Shown here in pieces: positions 23,828 through 36,265 of a stretch of 64,000 nucleotides of DNA. Every line of letters starts with the position of its first letter. The stretch's first letter is position 1. A program made the position numbers and the translations under genes. Source of the DNA: Yuukianura sp. NJ FZ-2021 (lineage: Eukaryota); assembly GCA_046563655.1 (NCBI GenBank), contig CM102284.1, positions 2,170,001-2,234,000 of the forward strand, given 5' to 3'. The notes beneath the pieces are model-generated. The model was not told the origin of the DNA, made no database searches, and saw nothing but the letters and a program-made list of their open reading frames with translations.

Positions 23828-25456
23828 ATGTCCACGTCTGTGTCCTCCACTTCAACTAAAAAACCAAAAGGAAAAATATTTCTAAAAAGTAAATCCAAAA
23901 CAGAACTTCCAGTTCCAAAACCGTTTTCAGAAGATGAAATTAAAGGTAAGACATTTTTTGAAAAATCAAATGTTCAAAATTTTGAGCAAAATCGGAGTAG
24001 CATGTAGGATTGATTCTTGCTTAAAATTTTTAGAACAAGCTTAGTTGTCACTGTTTTTGAATTTGATTTGAAAAACAGATCTCAGAGCAGCCTTCGTCCT
24101 GTTGGACAAAAATAGCGACGGAAGGATTCAACCCTCAGAACTGCAAGAGATGCTCATCACTTTCGGAATTTCAGTTCCTGATAACCATGTACTCAGAATC
24201 ATCGAAAGAGCTTCTGCTGGGGGTAACTTTCAAACTTTAGAAATGGCATAAAATTCCGAAGATTAATTCGTCCAAAATTCCCGAAAAATGGAATTTCTAT
24301 TTAATTTACGAAAGGAAATGTTTGGCATTCTTGCAATAAATTGAAACGAATTTTTGATTGGTATTTGAGGGGCGAGTGGCTTAACGGAGCCTGAATTTTT
24401 TGCGTGGATCCTCCCACTTCTGGAGAGTGAAGATGAGAACCCAGAGCAAGATCTACTGGCAGCATTCCAAGTATTTGACAAGGACAAAAATGGCTTCATC
24501 ACAAGGGTAGGCTCTGTACCAAGAAATTATTCTAAATGATATTTTCTTTACAGTGTCACTCCCTGGCACTTCCAAAAACAACGCTTGTCCTCTGTCCCGT
24601 CCTGGTGCAAAAACACAAGCAAAATGTCAATGCCTTGTTGACTCACACCAATTTGTCGCTGAAAACACGTTTAAGCCATTAGTGAATTACCATAACCTCA
24701 ACCTACAAAAAGAATTCCTGTAAAATCAGAAAAACCTAACAAATTAAAGTTACCAATTCAAACTTTAGCCATCCCTTCGAATGAATTTCTCCGAAGCGTA
24801 TTGCTTCGAATGCTTTGTTGTAAAACTAATTGCTCCAAAATCAAATGAACTTTAACGTGCTTAGTGTTAAACATGTTAGTTTATGAGTCGTTAGGTTGGA
24901 CTGGGTTAGTATGCAAGGTTATTTTCGAAACAATCTGACTTTCGCGGCAATTTACTTTTCGCAGCAATTGCTTTCGAGGCAATTCATTCGGAGCAATGGC
25001 ATGGAACCAATCCACAGCGAACTATAAAAGCTGACCAAATCTTGTTTTCCCAAAACACAAAATCTTACTTAGTTAGTAATTAGTTTAAGTTTTGCAAAAT
25101 TTTACTGTACCTGGATTCGGAAACTTTTTGTCAATAATACATTGACAAAACTGGCCTAAAATTTTTGTTTTGAATTTTTTTCATTTTTTCAACTGAATTT
25201 TCAGGATGAGCTGAAAATTGCCATGGACATGATGGCAGAGTCTATGGATGATGGAGATTTGGATCAATTGATTGCTTTAGCCGATGTGGATCGAGACGGA
25301 AGGATTGACTATGGTGGTAAACTCTAAAATTTAAAACTTCAAAATCTAGAATTTTTAGCACATAATTAAATTAGATGCTAAAAATTTCATACTTCTGGAA
25401 GTGAAGGTGTTAATTTTTAAATTTGAATTGCAGAATTTGCTCGACTGCTTATGTAA
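23828..25456 (+). CDS. Calmodulin-like EF-hand protein (calcium-binding protein E63-1-like)
   Basis: Exons 23828-23945, 24079-24222, 24370-~24506, ~25205-25316 and ~25434-25456. They encode FSEDEIKDLRAAFVLLDKNSDGRIQPSEL, DLLAAFQVFDKDKNGFITRDELKIAM and ADVDRDGRIDYGEFARLLM*. The second EF-hand looks degenerate. Confidence 0.88.
24768..25008. mobile_element. MITE family A, copy 3 (in EF-hand gene intron 3)
   Basis: GCCATCCCTTCGAATGAATTTCTCCGAA ... AATTCATTCGGAGCAATGGCATGGAACC. Confidence 0.8.
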
Positions 25457-25899
25457 CCCCGAGACAATTCTTCTTCCTCGTTCGGTTGAACTGGATTTTG
25501 TTGACACCAAACTGAAGTACTATAAAGATAACACTCAAATCCCGTTTTTCTATATGTCTCAAAGGTTGGACTCAAATTGAAGTCAGAAACTGAATTGGCC
25601 TCAATCTAATCTTCAACCAACAGATTCATCTTGTCAAACCTGTGTTTGTCCAATAAAACTACGTTACATTACCCTTCTACTCTAAAACTCTACTCGTTTT
25701 ATGTCCCATATCCCTCGACATCAAAATATTATTGTCTCAGTATCACTCTCTTCCCTTCTCTTCTTCATTTTCCTAATAGTTGCATACAAAACCTTGAAAC
25801 ATTTTCTCATCTAGTGCTCTGAAATTGTCGCTTCCGCTGTGGACTGGAGACATAACGTAGTAACAGTTTTCATAAAGTGCAGATTTTAGTGGCGTCGAG

Positions 25900-26324
25900 A
25901 TGACAGATTTACGACAGTCAGAGACAGATGCGGAGAGAGTGCTAAGACCAGCGTCACTTAATAGTAGCCTCTTGTTGCCCAAACCTTATTTCAAGGTCAC
26001 CGTGGGATCCAACGTAGTCAAAAGTGTTCAAGCACCAGAGTCACCCACGACGCCCACGCAATCTCCGCCTCCGCGTAAGTCAAATCGTCTTCAATCAATT
26101 CTCAAGGTTTAGATATACACATCCCAAAACACTGAAATGGAAAAAACGAAGATGAGAGATTGATCAAATCATTGATCACTTTTCCAGATTCACTTTTCAA
26201 CCCTGCCAGTCCATCAACCGTGTCCATGTCAACGACTCAAAATGGCACCCGTCCAACCGTACCACCAAAACCAGAATTCCTAAAGACAAAGCGCAGTCAG
26301 TCACAGGAGACGCCACAAAAGTAA
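25900..26324 (+). CDS. Possible small two-exon Pro/Ser/Thr-rich protein (~103 aa)
   Basis: ATG at 25900; phase-1 donor C|GTAAGT at 26074/26075; acceptor TTTTCCAG at 26187; frame open to TAA 26322-26324; contains RPTVPPKPEFL; AATAAA at ~26415. Confidence 0.4.
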
Positions 26325-26716
26325 ATACCTTTTTGGCAAAAAATTCAAACGTCCCAAGAAACTAAACAAAAAATGTAAGCTAAAAAAATTATGATTCATG
26401 ACTGAAAAAAAACAAATAAATTAGAGAATTAAGTTTGCAGAAAGACGTTTTCAATAATTTTAATCTTGGAAAATTTTAACATGGTTTTGCCAATGAAAAA
26501 CTGTCGTTTTTGGAAAATTGAAATTTTCTCTTCTTTCAGAAAATAAGTAAGTTAAAGTTTGAATGCATGTCGATGGAAAAAGATCATGAAAGTTTCAAAA
26601 AAAAAATTTCTTTCTTGGAATTTCGCAGTGACCTCGCTAAAGCAAATGCAAATGAAGTTGGACACAGTTAGGAAATTAAATTTTCCGTCTAGTAGAAAGC
26701 CATTTACATGCAGCCT

Positions 26717-28236
26717 TTATTGTGACGTTTGTTTTTTCGTTCCTCCAAATCGAACTGGAAGGTCAGCGAGATTTACGTGTTTGGAGATTTCTGCCTGCTG
26801 TTCTTTTCGGTCGTATCCAAACACTAGTAAGCTCTCCGAAGTTGACTTCGACAATACATTTCTCAAAAGTTTCACAATCGGGTCAAGGACACGCGGAGCT
26901 AGAGACGTCGAATCAATTAGCTCATGTAGTAGCAGATTTTTTTTTTAAATGACCTACCGTTGATGGCAATAAGCCTGTAGAAGTTGTACGGGTAATGCTG
27001 CTCATGGAAGACACCCCAGTTAAGGTACAATGGAATACCTAATAAGTGGTCAATGTTTCGCGTCATTACACAAGATATATAATTCACATCTAACTAAACT
27101 GTCGCGAATTTTGAAATTATAAGGCACTTACATTTGGGACACCCGTGCGTCTTCACCGAAAATCCATTATAGTCGGCGATAACTAATGATGATGGCTCTC
27201 CCGTAACATTGTAACTCAGTTGCGCCGCTTTTTCTTCCGTTACAGTCAGTCGAAAGCTCAAGTCAGACACTTTACCCTCCAAAGCTTTACGGCGTATGTT
27301 CCAATCGCCGTAGGGAAACAAAACAACTTTAAACAACATTAATTAAAATTTAAACAAATTTTTATACCTAATCTCAAAAAAAAAATTAACAATGATTATG
27401 GAAATATTATTTGTGTGAGTTATTTGATGCAGTTACTTGGTCTCCCTTCTTTGTCTTTCGCTGTAGTGAGGTCAATGACGTATCTTTTTTCCAAATCAGG
27501 ATCAAATTTATAGTTAGGTAAATTGTCTGCATCAACCGACTTACGCCACTCCAGGGTCTAGAAGCATAAGAAATTAATATATGAAATTGGAAATTTCAAA
27601 ACTTATTAGGCCACCTATTATTTCAAAATTTCAAAACTTGAATAAGTAAAATTCGTAATTAAAAATTTGCGTAAGTTTGGGAGTTTTTTTTTTGGTTCCA
27701 TTCGACATTTTAACAAAAACAAGGTGCGTCATATTATATTTGTCAGTTTCGATCAAGCTGCTTACATTACTACTAAACATTTTTCACTTACTTTCTCCAG
27801 TGCTTCTCGTGCGTTTTTGTGATTAAAATCCTTTGCTGAAAATATAAAAAAAGAAGCTAATTTTCATTTAAAAAAAAAACAATGTAGTGGCTGTAATCGT
27901 TACGTTGAGATGAGAGTTACCTTTCAGCCATTTGATTAAATAAGCATCGGATTTCATATAGGGCGCCGTCAATTTACCAGCTACAGCTTGTCTCAACTAC
28001 AGAGTATAAAAATGCACTAAATTAATAAAATAAGTTTCTTTGAATTGAAGTTAATTAACCTAAGCATTTCTTGAAGACATAAAATACAAAATTCACAGTG
28101 ATTAAAAACTGACCTTATCGATGTGTATTTTTTCCTTTGCTGTAAACACCGGAGGATTTGCGCCATTAGTCGCAATGACTCCCAGACAAAAAAGTGGTAG
28201 AATTAATTTTAACTTGAAAATTGTTTCCATTTTCAT
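26717..28236 (-). CDS. SEC14-like/CRAL-TRIO lipid-binding protein with N-terminal signal peptide, copy 1 (7 exons)
   Basis: Spliced product: KLILPLFCLGVIATNGA.., LRQAVAG..SDAYLIKWLKAKDFNHKNAREALEKTLEWRK (CRAL-TRIO_N), DKEGRP, IADYNGFSVK, HYPYNFYRLIAINAPRVLDPIVKL, LADLPVRFGGT. Confidence 0.88.
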
Positions 28237-28659
28237 TTTGTTTCCGCACTATTAATTGCCTAACCTTATTACGCCAATTTTTTCTTTCAAAAATTCAACT
28301 TTTAGTTAACCAAACTCATACACTTAATTCACTTCTTTATAACTATTTACAAAAGGGTAGGTTAATTTGTGAGTGTAAGTGTTGTTAAATAAAAAGATTT
28401 ACAATTAAAACAAACAAATTTACAAAAAGGTTTTGCTACAATGGTTTCACAATGGCTTCGACAACGGCTAACATGTCAACAAGCTTAATTGAGTTACGAC
28501 GAAAAGACTAATCCAATGACAACTCGTTTGGTTATTTAAGTATTTCAACAGATGAAAAATTGTCACTATATTCCTGTTCATCAAAAATATCGCCAGCTCA
28601 TTAAACCAAAATTGATCTAATTAGCGACTATGTTGCGTCACCTTATTAAACCAGTATTC

Positions 28660-28920
28660 TAATTGAATTCGAACGCTAGTGGAATGATATTGGAATGATT
28701 TGAAGAAGTATCATTTGCGCAATTTGATGAACAACTAAACTAATTAAGTAATCGTCAATTAACTCAAGAAACTTTACCTTTTAGTCCCAATTCAATTTTG
28801 GCGACTTCTACAAAATTAAAAGTGAAATTATTTGCAGCACAAATTTTTTTGGAGTACTGGTTTGCTCTTGAATGTTTCATGGCCAATGGATTCTGGAATT
28901 TGAATTTCGTGGTCTTGTAA
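28660..28920 (-). pseudogene. Orphan duplicated copy of the last three exons of the 42556-46718 repeat gene
   Basis: CCAATGGATTCTGGAATTT, TCAATTTTGGCGACTTCT..AAAATTAAAAG and TGAACAACT..ACTA align colinearly with 42540-42775. One donor has mutated (ATTG|GCCATG). A more decayed copy lies at ~33180-33430. Confidence 0.7.
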
Positions 28921-29060
28921 TTCTTTTTTTCAAATTTAGCATTTTAATAATTCAATTGATTAGATTCAAGAATTATTCTTAAGTGATTGTAATGTAACTT
29001 AACTATTTTTTTTGTTTTTGTTTTGGACTAAAGGACAGAATATAGAGGTAAATTTTCCGT

Positions 29061-29498
29061 TCAGTGGGAAGCCATCTGACATACAACGTTTATTAGAACG
29101 TAAATGAAAAAGTTTTTAAAAATAATTTTGTATTTTTCAGTAATAAAAAAAAGTAGCGGGTTGTATTTGTTACGCTGAGCGTTACCTTTTAGCCACTTAA
29201 TTAAATAAGCATCGGATTTCAAGTATTCTGCCGTCAATTTACCAGCCACAGCTTGCCTCAACTACAAAATATAAAAATGCACTAAAATCAAATAAGTTTA
29301 TTTGAATTGAAATTAATTGATGTAAGCATTTCCTGAAGACATCAAATTACAAAATTCACAGTGATTATGAAATGACCTTGCCGATGTGTGTCTTTTCTTT
29401 TGCTGTAAACACTGAAGGATATGCGCCAATAGTCGCAATCACTCCAAAACAAAAAGTAGTAAGTGACAGAATTACTTCAACTTGGAAATTGCTCTCAT
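29061..29498 (-). pseudogene. SEC14-like pseudogene fragment (copy 2): exons 1-2 joined to a 3'UTR remnant
   Basis: Exon 1 has a 1-bp deletion (GACAGAATTACTTC vs GGCAGAATTAACTTC in copy 3), giving an early stop. After exon 2 the sequence jumps to the family 3' end (GAAGCCATCTGACATACAACGTTTATT); exons 3-7 are absent. Confidence 0.8.
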
Positions 29499-29888
29499 TT
29501 TGTTTCCGCAAAATAAATGCCTAGCCCAATTTTAATGCCAAGCAAATGCGTCGCAATTATATTTTTGATTATTAATTGAAAATCCGCTGGAACCTTCTTC
29601 AATAAACTGTTTTTATTTTCAAAGCCACTGAAAACGCTATGATTTTGCATCTATTCACAAATGCATTCACAGGAATTAACTGTTGTATTAGACTTGTAAT
29701 AAACACACTAAAAAGCGTTTAGTATTAAATACAATCAAATTATATTCTTAAACAACTAAAATTAAATGTAATATTAATTGTAATTTCAATTGTAATTGTA
29801 ATTTAACTTTTTAACTTTTAATTTTTTAGCGTTTTACAGTAGGGGAAGAAATTTTCCGTTCAATCGAAAGCCATACAACATACAACAT

Positions 29889-31740
29889 TTATTTTGACGT
29901 TTGTTTCTTTGTTCCTCCAAACCGAACTGGAAGGTCAGCGAGATTTACGTGTTTGGAGATTTCTGCCTGTTGTTCTTTTCGGTCGTATCCAAATACTAGT
30001 AAAGACTTTGAAGTTGACTCCGACAGCAAGTTTCTCATCAATTTTATAATTGGGTCGAAAACTCTCGGTGCTAGAAACATTGAATCAATTGGTTCATGTA
30101 GTTGCAGCGGTACTTAGGCAAAAAATGACCTACCATTGATAGCTATAAGCCTGTAGAAATTGTACGGGTAATAGAGCTCATGAGAGACACACCAGTTAAG
30201 GTAGAATGGAATACCTAATAAATAGGACATGTTTAGCATCACTACACAAGTCATACAATTAGCATATAACAAATTTGTGAAATTGAGCAATGTCTCAGCT
30301 ACTGGCATTACTACGATGCAAAAGTAAGGTTGGCCATAGCGTTATCCTCTGCACCATGCTTACCTCTGCCAATGGTGGCGAACAAATAGACTCTACATTA
30401 TTTGATGCGATTGGCAGTCACATCTATTCGGCTTTCCCAAATTATTTACTAATGTTCATATGCTACCTACGTGGATTACTCGGAGGCTGTTACACAACAA
30501 ACTTGAAATTAGCACGAGGATAGGCTACTTACATTTTGTACATCCATGCGTCTTTAATGCAAATCCATTGAAGTCGCCAATAACTAATGACGATGGCTCT
30601 CCCGTAATATTGTAACTCAGTTGCGCCGTTTTTTCTTCCATTACAGTCATACGAAGGCCCAACTCAGACACGATTTTACCCTCCACGGCCTTACGGCGCA
30701 GGTTCCAATCCCCGTAAGGAAACAAAGCAACTTTAAACAATATTAGTCAACATTTAAGCAAATTTTCACTTCTTTCGAAAAAAAATTCACAAGGATTATG
30801 AAAATATCATTGGTGTTAGTTTGTTTGATGTCCGTGTTTGGTGTTTACTTGGTCTCCCTGCTTTGTCTTTTGCTGTAGTGAAGTCAATGACGTATCTTTT
30901 TTCCAAATCAGGATCAAATTTATAGTAAGGTAAATTGTCAGCATCAATCGACTCACGCCACTCCAGGGTCTAGTAAGTTATAACTAATTATTATAGTATA
31001 TATTTAGAAACTAAAGAATATATGAGTTATGTACAATATTAGTACATATAATATGTTATAACTACAGTAATTGCAGTTCCGTGGTTACTTTACCACTACC
31101 AAAAATTAAATTATTTTCTCTATAGTTTGTGGGAATCACTAATTGCGAAATAATTCGCAATTACAAATTTATATTTTTGCGATTAGTTTGGCTGGCCAAA
31201 AAAAAATTATTAGGAAGGTAATTGTATTGCAGTAAGAGTACAAACTGCTTGCATAAAAAGTTATTCCTAGCATTTTTCACTTACTCTCTCGAGTGCTTCT
31301 CGTGCCTTTTTATGGTCAAATTTTTTTGCTGGAAATATTCGAAAAGAATTGTTTTTAAATAATTCTATGTATATTTAGTAAAAAATAAGTAAAAGTATGA
31401 GATTGCTTTGGTTACGTTGAGCTTTACCTTTGAGCCATTTGATTAAATAAGCATCGGATTTCATATAGTCTGCCGTCAATTTACCAGCTACAGCTTGCCT
31501 CAACTAAAAAATATAAAAATTCACTAAATTAATAAAACAAGTTTATTTGAAATTAAATTAGTTAAACTAAGCACTTCCTGAAGACTTAAAATTCAAAATT
31601 CACAATGACTAAGAAATGACCTTGTCGATGTGTATTTTTTCTTTTGCTGTAAACACTGGAGGATTTGCGCCAATAGCCGCAATCACTCCCAGACAACACG
31701 TAAGTGGCAGAATTAACTTCAACTTGGAAATTGTTCTCAT
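29889..31740 (-). CDS. SEC14-like/CRAL-TRIO protein with signal peptide, copy 3
   Basis: Same 7-exon structure; MRTISKLKLILPLTCCLGVIAAIGANPP...LADLPVRFGGTKKQTSK*. Confidence 0.87.
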
Positions 31741-32369
31741 TTTGTTTCCGCAGAATTAATGCCTAATACGTAATTTCAATGCCAATTTTTTCTTCAAAAA
31801 TTCAATCTTTAATTAATCAAGATGATATACTTGCCACTTATTTCTATTTAAATGTAAAAGGTTTTGTTACAATAGTTTCACAATGGCTATCACAAAGGCC
31901 TACGTGCCAACCAGCTTATTTGAGTTGCGACCAGAAAAATAAGAAGATGAAAACTCATTTGGCTATTTAAGTACAACGAACGACGCAAAAGTGTCCCTAA
32001 GTTTTTTTTCTTCAATGATATCGGCAGTTAGTTCAACCAAAATTGATCTAATTAACAACTTTTGCGTCACATTATTAAGCAGGTTTCTTAATTGAAATTC
32101 TCTTATTATACAGCTTTTCGTCCCTCAAATGCTGCAAGGATCCTCTGGAATTTCTCTTCTCAAACACTTCTCTCACATTTCTAAAACCAATCGATAGTTG
32201 AAAAGTAATACCAATTAAACACAAATCCATGAAAATAGAGTTACTTCAACTTAGGCAACAAAGCAAAGTTTCTCGCCGTATGAGTATGCGTAATTAATTA
32301 AATTTGGTTGTAATTCGGAGTGTAAGAAAGTAGCGAGTGATGACGCTGGGCACAGGTTCGTATCACGGA

Positions 32370-32722
32370 AAACCCATGGTAAACTTTAGAGCACGAAAGT
32401 CATGAACGGTAAAATGAAAAAAGTTGACCTTTGACCAGGAAAATAGTCACTTTGGGGTAACTTGATTTTCACAAATGCTGTTGAGTTTCAATGTGACTGG
32501 CAACTCTTGGAGACGCCAATTTCCATGTTACCGGGTATAAAAGCAATGGACCTTGGCCTTTTACTCGAAATCAGTTGACCCACTAGATTGATACGCAATA
32601 GGGAGCATCCCTGGGTCACTAGTGAAAACAGAACCGGGATGTGTTGAATCGTTTCAGAGGTAATTCACGTCGACGACTCGGCAGACAGAAAGACAGACCA
32701 GCTCAATGCATAAAGTAGCTTT
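32370..32722 (-). mobile_element. DINE-1/HINE-like repeat (duplicated with the SEC14 unit; paralog at ~36880-37215)
   Basis: Ends CAGACAGAAAGACAGACCAGCTCAATGCATAAAGTAGCTTT; internal TTGACCTTTGACC and GTCACTAGTG are shared with the 36880-37215 copy. Confidence 0.6.
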
Positions 32723-33619
32723 GGATTCTAGAAAAAATTGTCGTCATTACCACTTTTGACCTTAAAGATAATGATTACCGTCACACATTAAATTACCATG
32801 TTTATTCTGTGAAATATTTTAATTACCATTCCTTCTAGAAGGATCCTTAACGATGTCACATCATCCCTTCCAAAGGAATGCTGTATATGCAATTCTAACT
32901 TTGTCATAGTTTGGCTTAAAACACGCCGTCTTAACTCTAAATAGAGGCGTAATTAGCAAGTTAGAATTTAGGGACGCTTGAGTTTAAACACTACCTTAAG
33001 ATTTTTTGTCTTTGATCCTCTAAATGGAGAGGCATCGTGAAACTCAAGGATTAATGACAGACAAGGTGAATGCATAAAGTAACTGTCGCTACTTCATAAA
33101 ACACAAGGCGGATAAATAATTAACTGTAATGGAACTTACAAGTTTTTTATTTAAAATCCAAAATGAACTTGAATGCTGTGGCTTAGTCGAATGATTCGTT
33201 TGATTTGGAGATGTATCATATAATTACGTAAATTCCACGAGTAGAAATACAAAATTCGTATTATGCATTACGTAAACTGTGCAGCATAAACGTTTAGCGT
33301 GTATCATTTTCTAATTTAATCAAACTAATTAGGTAATTGTCAACTAATTCAAGAAATTTACATTTTAATCTCAAGTCAGTTTCGGTGACTTCTGTAAAAT
33401 TAAAAGTCAAATTATTTCTAGCACAATTTTCTCTTAACTTCTGTTTTTTTTTGGAATATTCCCTTAATACTTCAATTTATTACAACCAAAATATATTCTT
33501 AACAATATAAAAGTGATTGCCATGTAAAATATTTTTTTTTTTGTAATTTTGCAATAAATTTGGACACAGTGGACACCTTTTCCGCTAAGTGGAAAGCCAT
33601 CTACATACAAAGTTTATTG

Positions 33620-36265
33620 TTACGCATGTTTCTTCGTTCCTCCAAATCGAACTGGAAGGTCCGCGAGGTTTACGTGTTTGGAGAGTTCTGCCTGTTGTTC
33701 ATTTCGGTTGTATCCAAATATTAGTAACGACTTTTTAGTTGACTCCGAAAGTAGGTTTCTCGTCATTTTCACAATTTGGTCGAAGACTCGCGGAGCTAGA
33801 AATGTTGACTCAATTAGTTCCTGCAGTTCAATGCTATTAGGCCGTATGAATTTGGTTATCAGCCACTAAGCCCTATGAAATACACCCTAAACTGTTAGGT
33901 CCTCATTGTGTTTAGCCCTAAGCAATTAGACTCGCAGAATTTTTTTAATTGTAGTGTTAGTTAGCGTGACAACGGGCTTCATGTCTTTATTTCATGAAGC
34001 CACGTATTGAAACATCAATACACTTCGTAATTTGCATAAGGGCATCGATGATGCCCAAGCTTTGGTATTGAAAGCATTAATCACTACGATCAATTTAATA
34101 ACTTACCGCTGGAAAATCAACGTAGAGTACAGAATGTTACCGGTTTGAATATTATATTGCTCATCATGGCTTTGAAAGCCTAAAACTTCTGAGGGTCTGG
34201 AGTGCAGAGGCAGAGGGTATAAAGATTTAGGGCCTAATTATTTAGCGTCTAAACACAATGAGGGCCTACAAGTTTAGAGTGTAATAGGGCCTAGTGGCTG
34301 AGGGCCGAATTCATAGGGCTAATCGTGTGCTTTGGTTCATGCAGTTGAAACGGTGTATTTAGCAACAAGTTAAACGGATTCACTTACCGTTAATACCTAT
34401 AAGCCTGTAGTAGTTGTATGGATAATGGAGCTCATGCACGACACACCAGTTAAAGTAGAACGCAACACCTAATGGGTAGGTAATGTTTAACATCATTACA
34501 TACGATACATAATTCGCATCTAAGCAATGACATAATAATTCCCACAAAAGTGCAGACACAATAGCCATGCTATTACCTAAGGTGTGCAAAGTAACAATGA
34601 ACAACATTTTCTAACCACTCGCTACTGATGAAGTAACGGTGATTTACATAACTAATTTTAAGAATGTCGTAGTGGACATATCTGCGGTTACGACGTATTT
34701 CAAACATATGGGTCAGACATTAAGTGAACCTACAAAATTCCTTGATGTTCATACTACATACTACTGCATAGTGGTTGAGTACTACTAGGAAGTCTGTTGT
34801 AGGTACTACAATAATTTTGAAACTAGCGCGAGTTTTGAAATTTCAAGGTACTTACATCCGGTACATATGTGCTTTTTTAGTGAAAATCCATTCAGGTCGG
34901 CCAGAAGCAATGATAATGGCTCTCCCGTAACGTTGTAACTCATTTGGGCTGAAATTTCTTCCGCTACAGTCATACGTAGGCCCAACTCAGACACGATTTT
35001 ACCCTCCAGGGCCTTACGGCGCAAGTCCCAATCGCCGAAAGGAAACAAAAGAACTTTAAACAAAATTAGTCAAAATTTAAGCAAATTTTTACCCTATTTC
35101 AAAAAAAAATATAATAATCATAATAAACAAAGGCAAAGTAAATATTCAAGGTTCGTAAGCAAAAATAAAACTTTTTCTACAACAGGTTTTCCGATAACTC
35201 GAAGTGCTAAATTTTGTTTGAAAGTAGCAAATCTGCCTTTCTATTGTAATATGTTGCAAGTAATTTAAATAGGATTAGTGCTAAATTGTTGCTAGAAGTT
35301 GTTTGAAGCAAGATTTTTAAAAACCTTGAGTTAATGGACAACCTTGTTGTAGGAAATACAATTTAGTAGTCAAGGAACCTTGCAAATATTATTTGTGTTA
35401 GCTATTTTTTGTGGTTACCTGGTCTCCCTTTTTTGTCTTTCACAGTAGTGTAGTCAACGATGTATTTCTTTTCCAAAGCAGGATCAAATTTGTACTTAGG
35501 CAAATTGTCTGCGTCAACTGACTTACGCCACTCCAGGGTCTGGGAAGGAATAACAAATTAAATATATAATTAGAGATTACAAAATTGGTTGGTTATATGC
35601 ATATAATATAATAGGTGCTATAAATGTAATTATTGTAGTTATAAATATACAGTAATAGTAATTCGAGTTCTGTAGTTCCTACTACCACTGAATAAATTAT
35701 GTTTGTCTAATAAATCGCTGGCCACAATGACTGTTCTTACAACCTTTGTGAATTCGTACTAGTCAATTAATCAAGAGTTATGCGCAGGACGAGTTGTTCC
35801 TAACAATTTTCGCTTACTTTTTCGAGTGCTTCTCGTGCCTTCTTGTGATCAAATTTTTTTGCTGGAAATATTAAAAAAAAAGTTTTTAAAAATAATTTTG
35901 TCTTTTCAGTAATAAAAAAGTAACATGTTTTGTTTGTTACGTAAAGCGTTACCTTTTAGCCACTTGATTAAATAAGCATCGGATTTCATATATTCTGCCG
36001 TCAATTTTCCAGCTACAGCTTGCCTCAACTAAAGAATATAAAAATGCACTAAATTAATAAAATACGTTTATTTAAATTAAAGTTAATTAATCTAAGTATT
36101 TCCAGAAGATATAAAATACAAAATTCACATTAATTAAGAAATGACCTTGTCGATGTGTATCTTTTCTTTTGCTGTAAACACTGGAGGATTTGCGCCAACA
36201 GTCGCTAGTACTCCAACACAAAAAGTAAGTGACAGAATTAACTTCAATTTGAAAGTTTCTGCCAT
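33620..36265 (-). CDS. SEC14-like/CRAL-TRIO protein with signal peptide, copy 4
   Basis: MAETFKLKLILSLTFCVGVLATVGANPP...LADLPVRFGGTKKHA*; 7 exons, with two introns expanded by MITEs. Confidence 0.87.
33836..34323. mobile_element. MITE/foldback element with ~95-bp imperfect TIRs in the last intron of SEC14 copy 4
   Basis: ATTAGGCCGTATGAATTTGG..CAGCCACTAAGCCCTAT..CCTCATTGTGTTTAG is inverted to CTAAACACAATGAGG..ATAGGGCCTAGTGGCTGA..CCGAATTCATAGGGCTAAT; absent from the same intron in paralogs. Confidence 0.85.
35147..35382. mobile_element. hAT-like MITE family B, copy 1
   Basis: CAAGGTTC...GAACCTTG ends, internal TACAACAGGTT/AACCTTGTTGTAG inverted segments, 8-bp TSD TAAATATT/CAAATATT. The empty site is seen in paralogous SEC14 introns. 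Confidence 0.8.
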
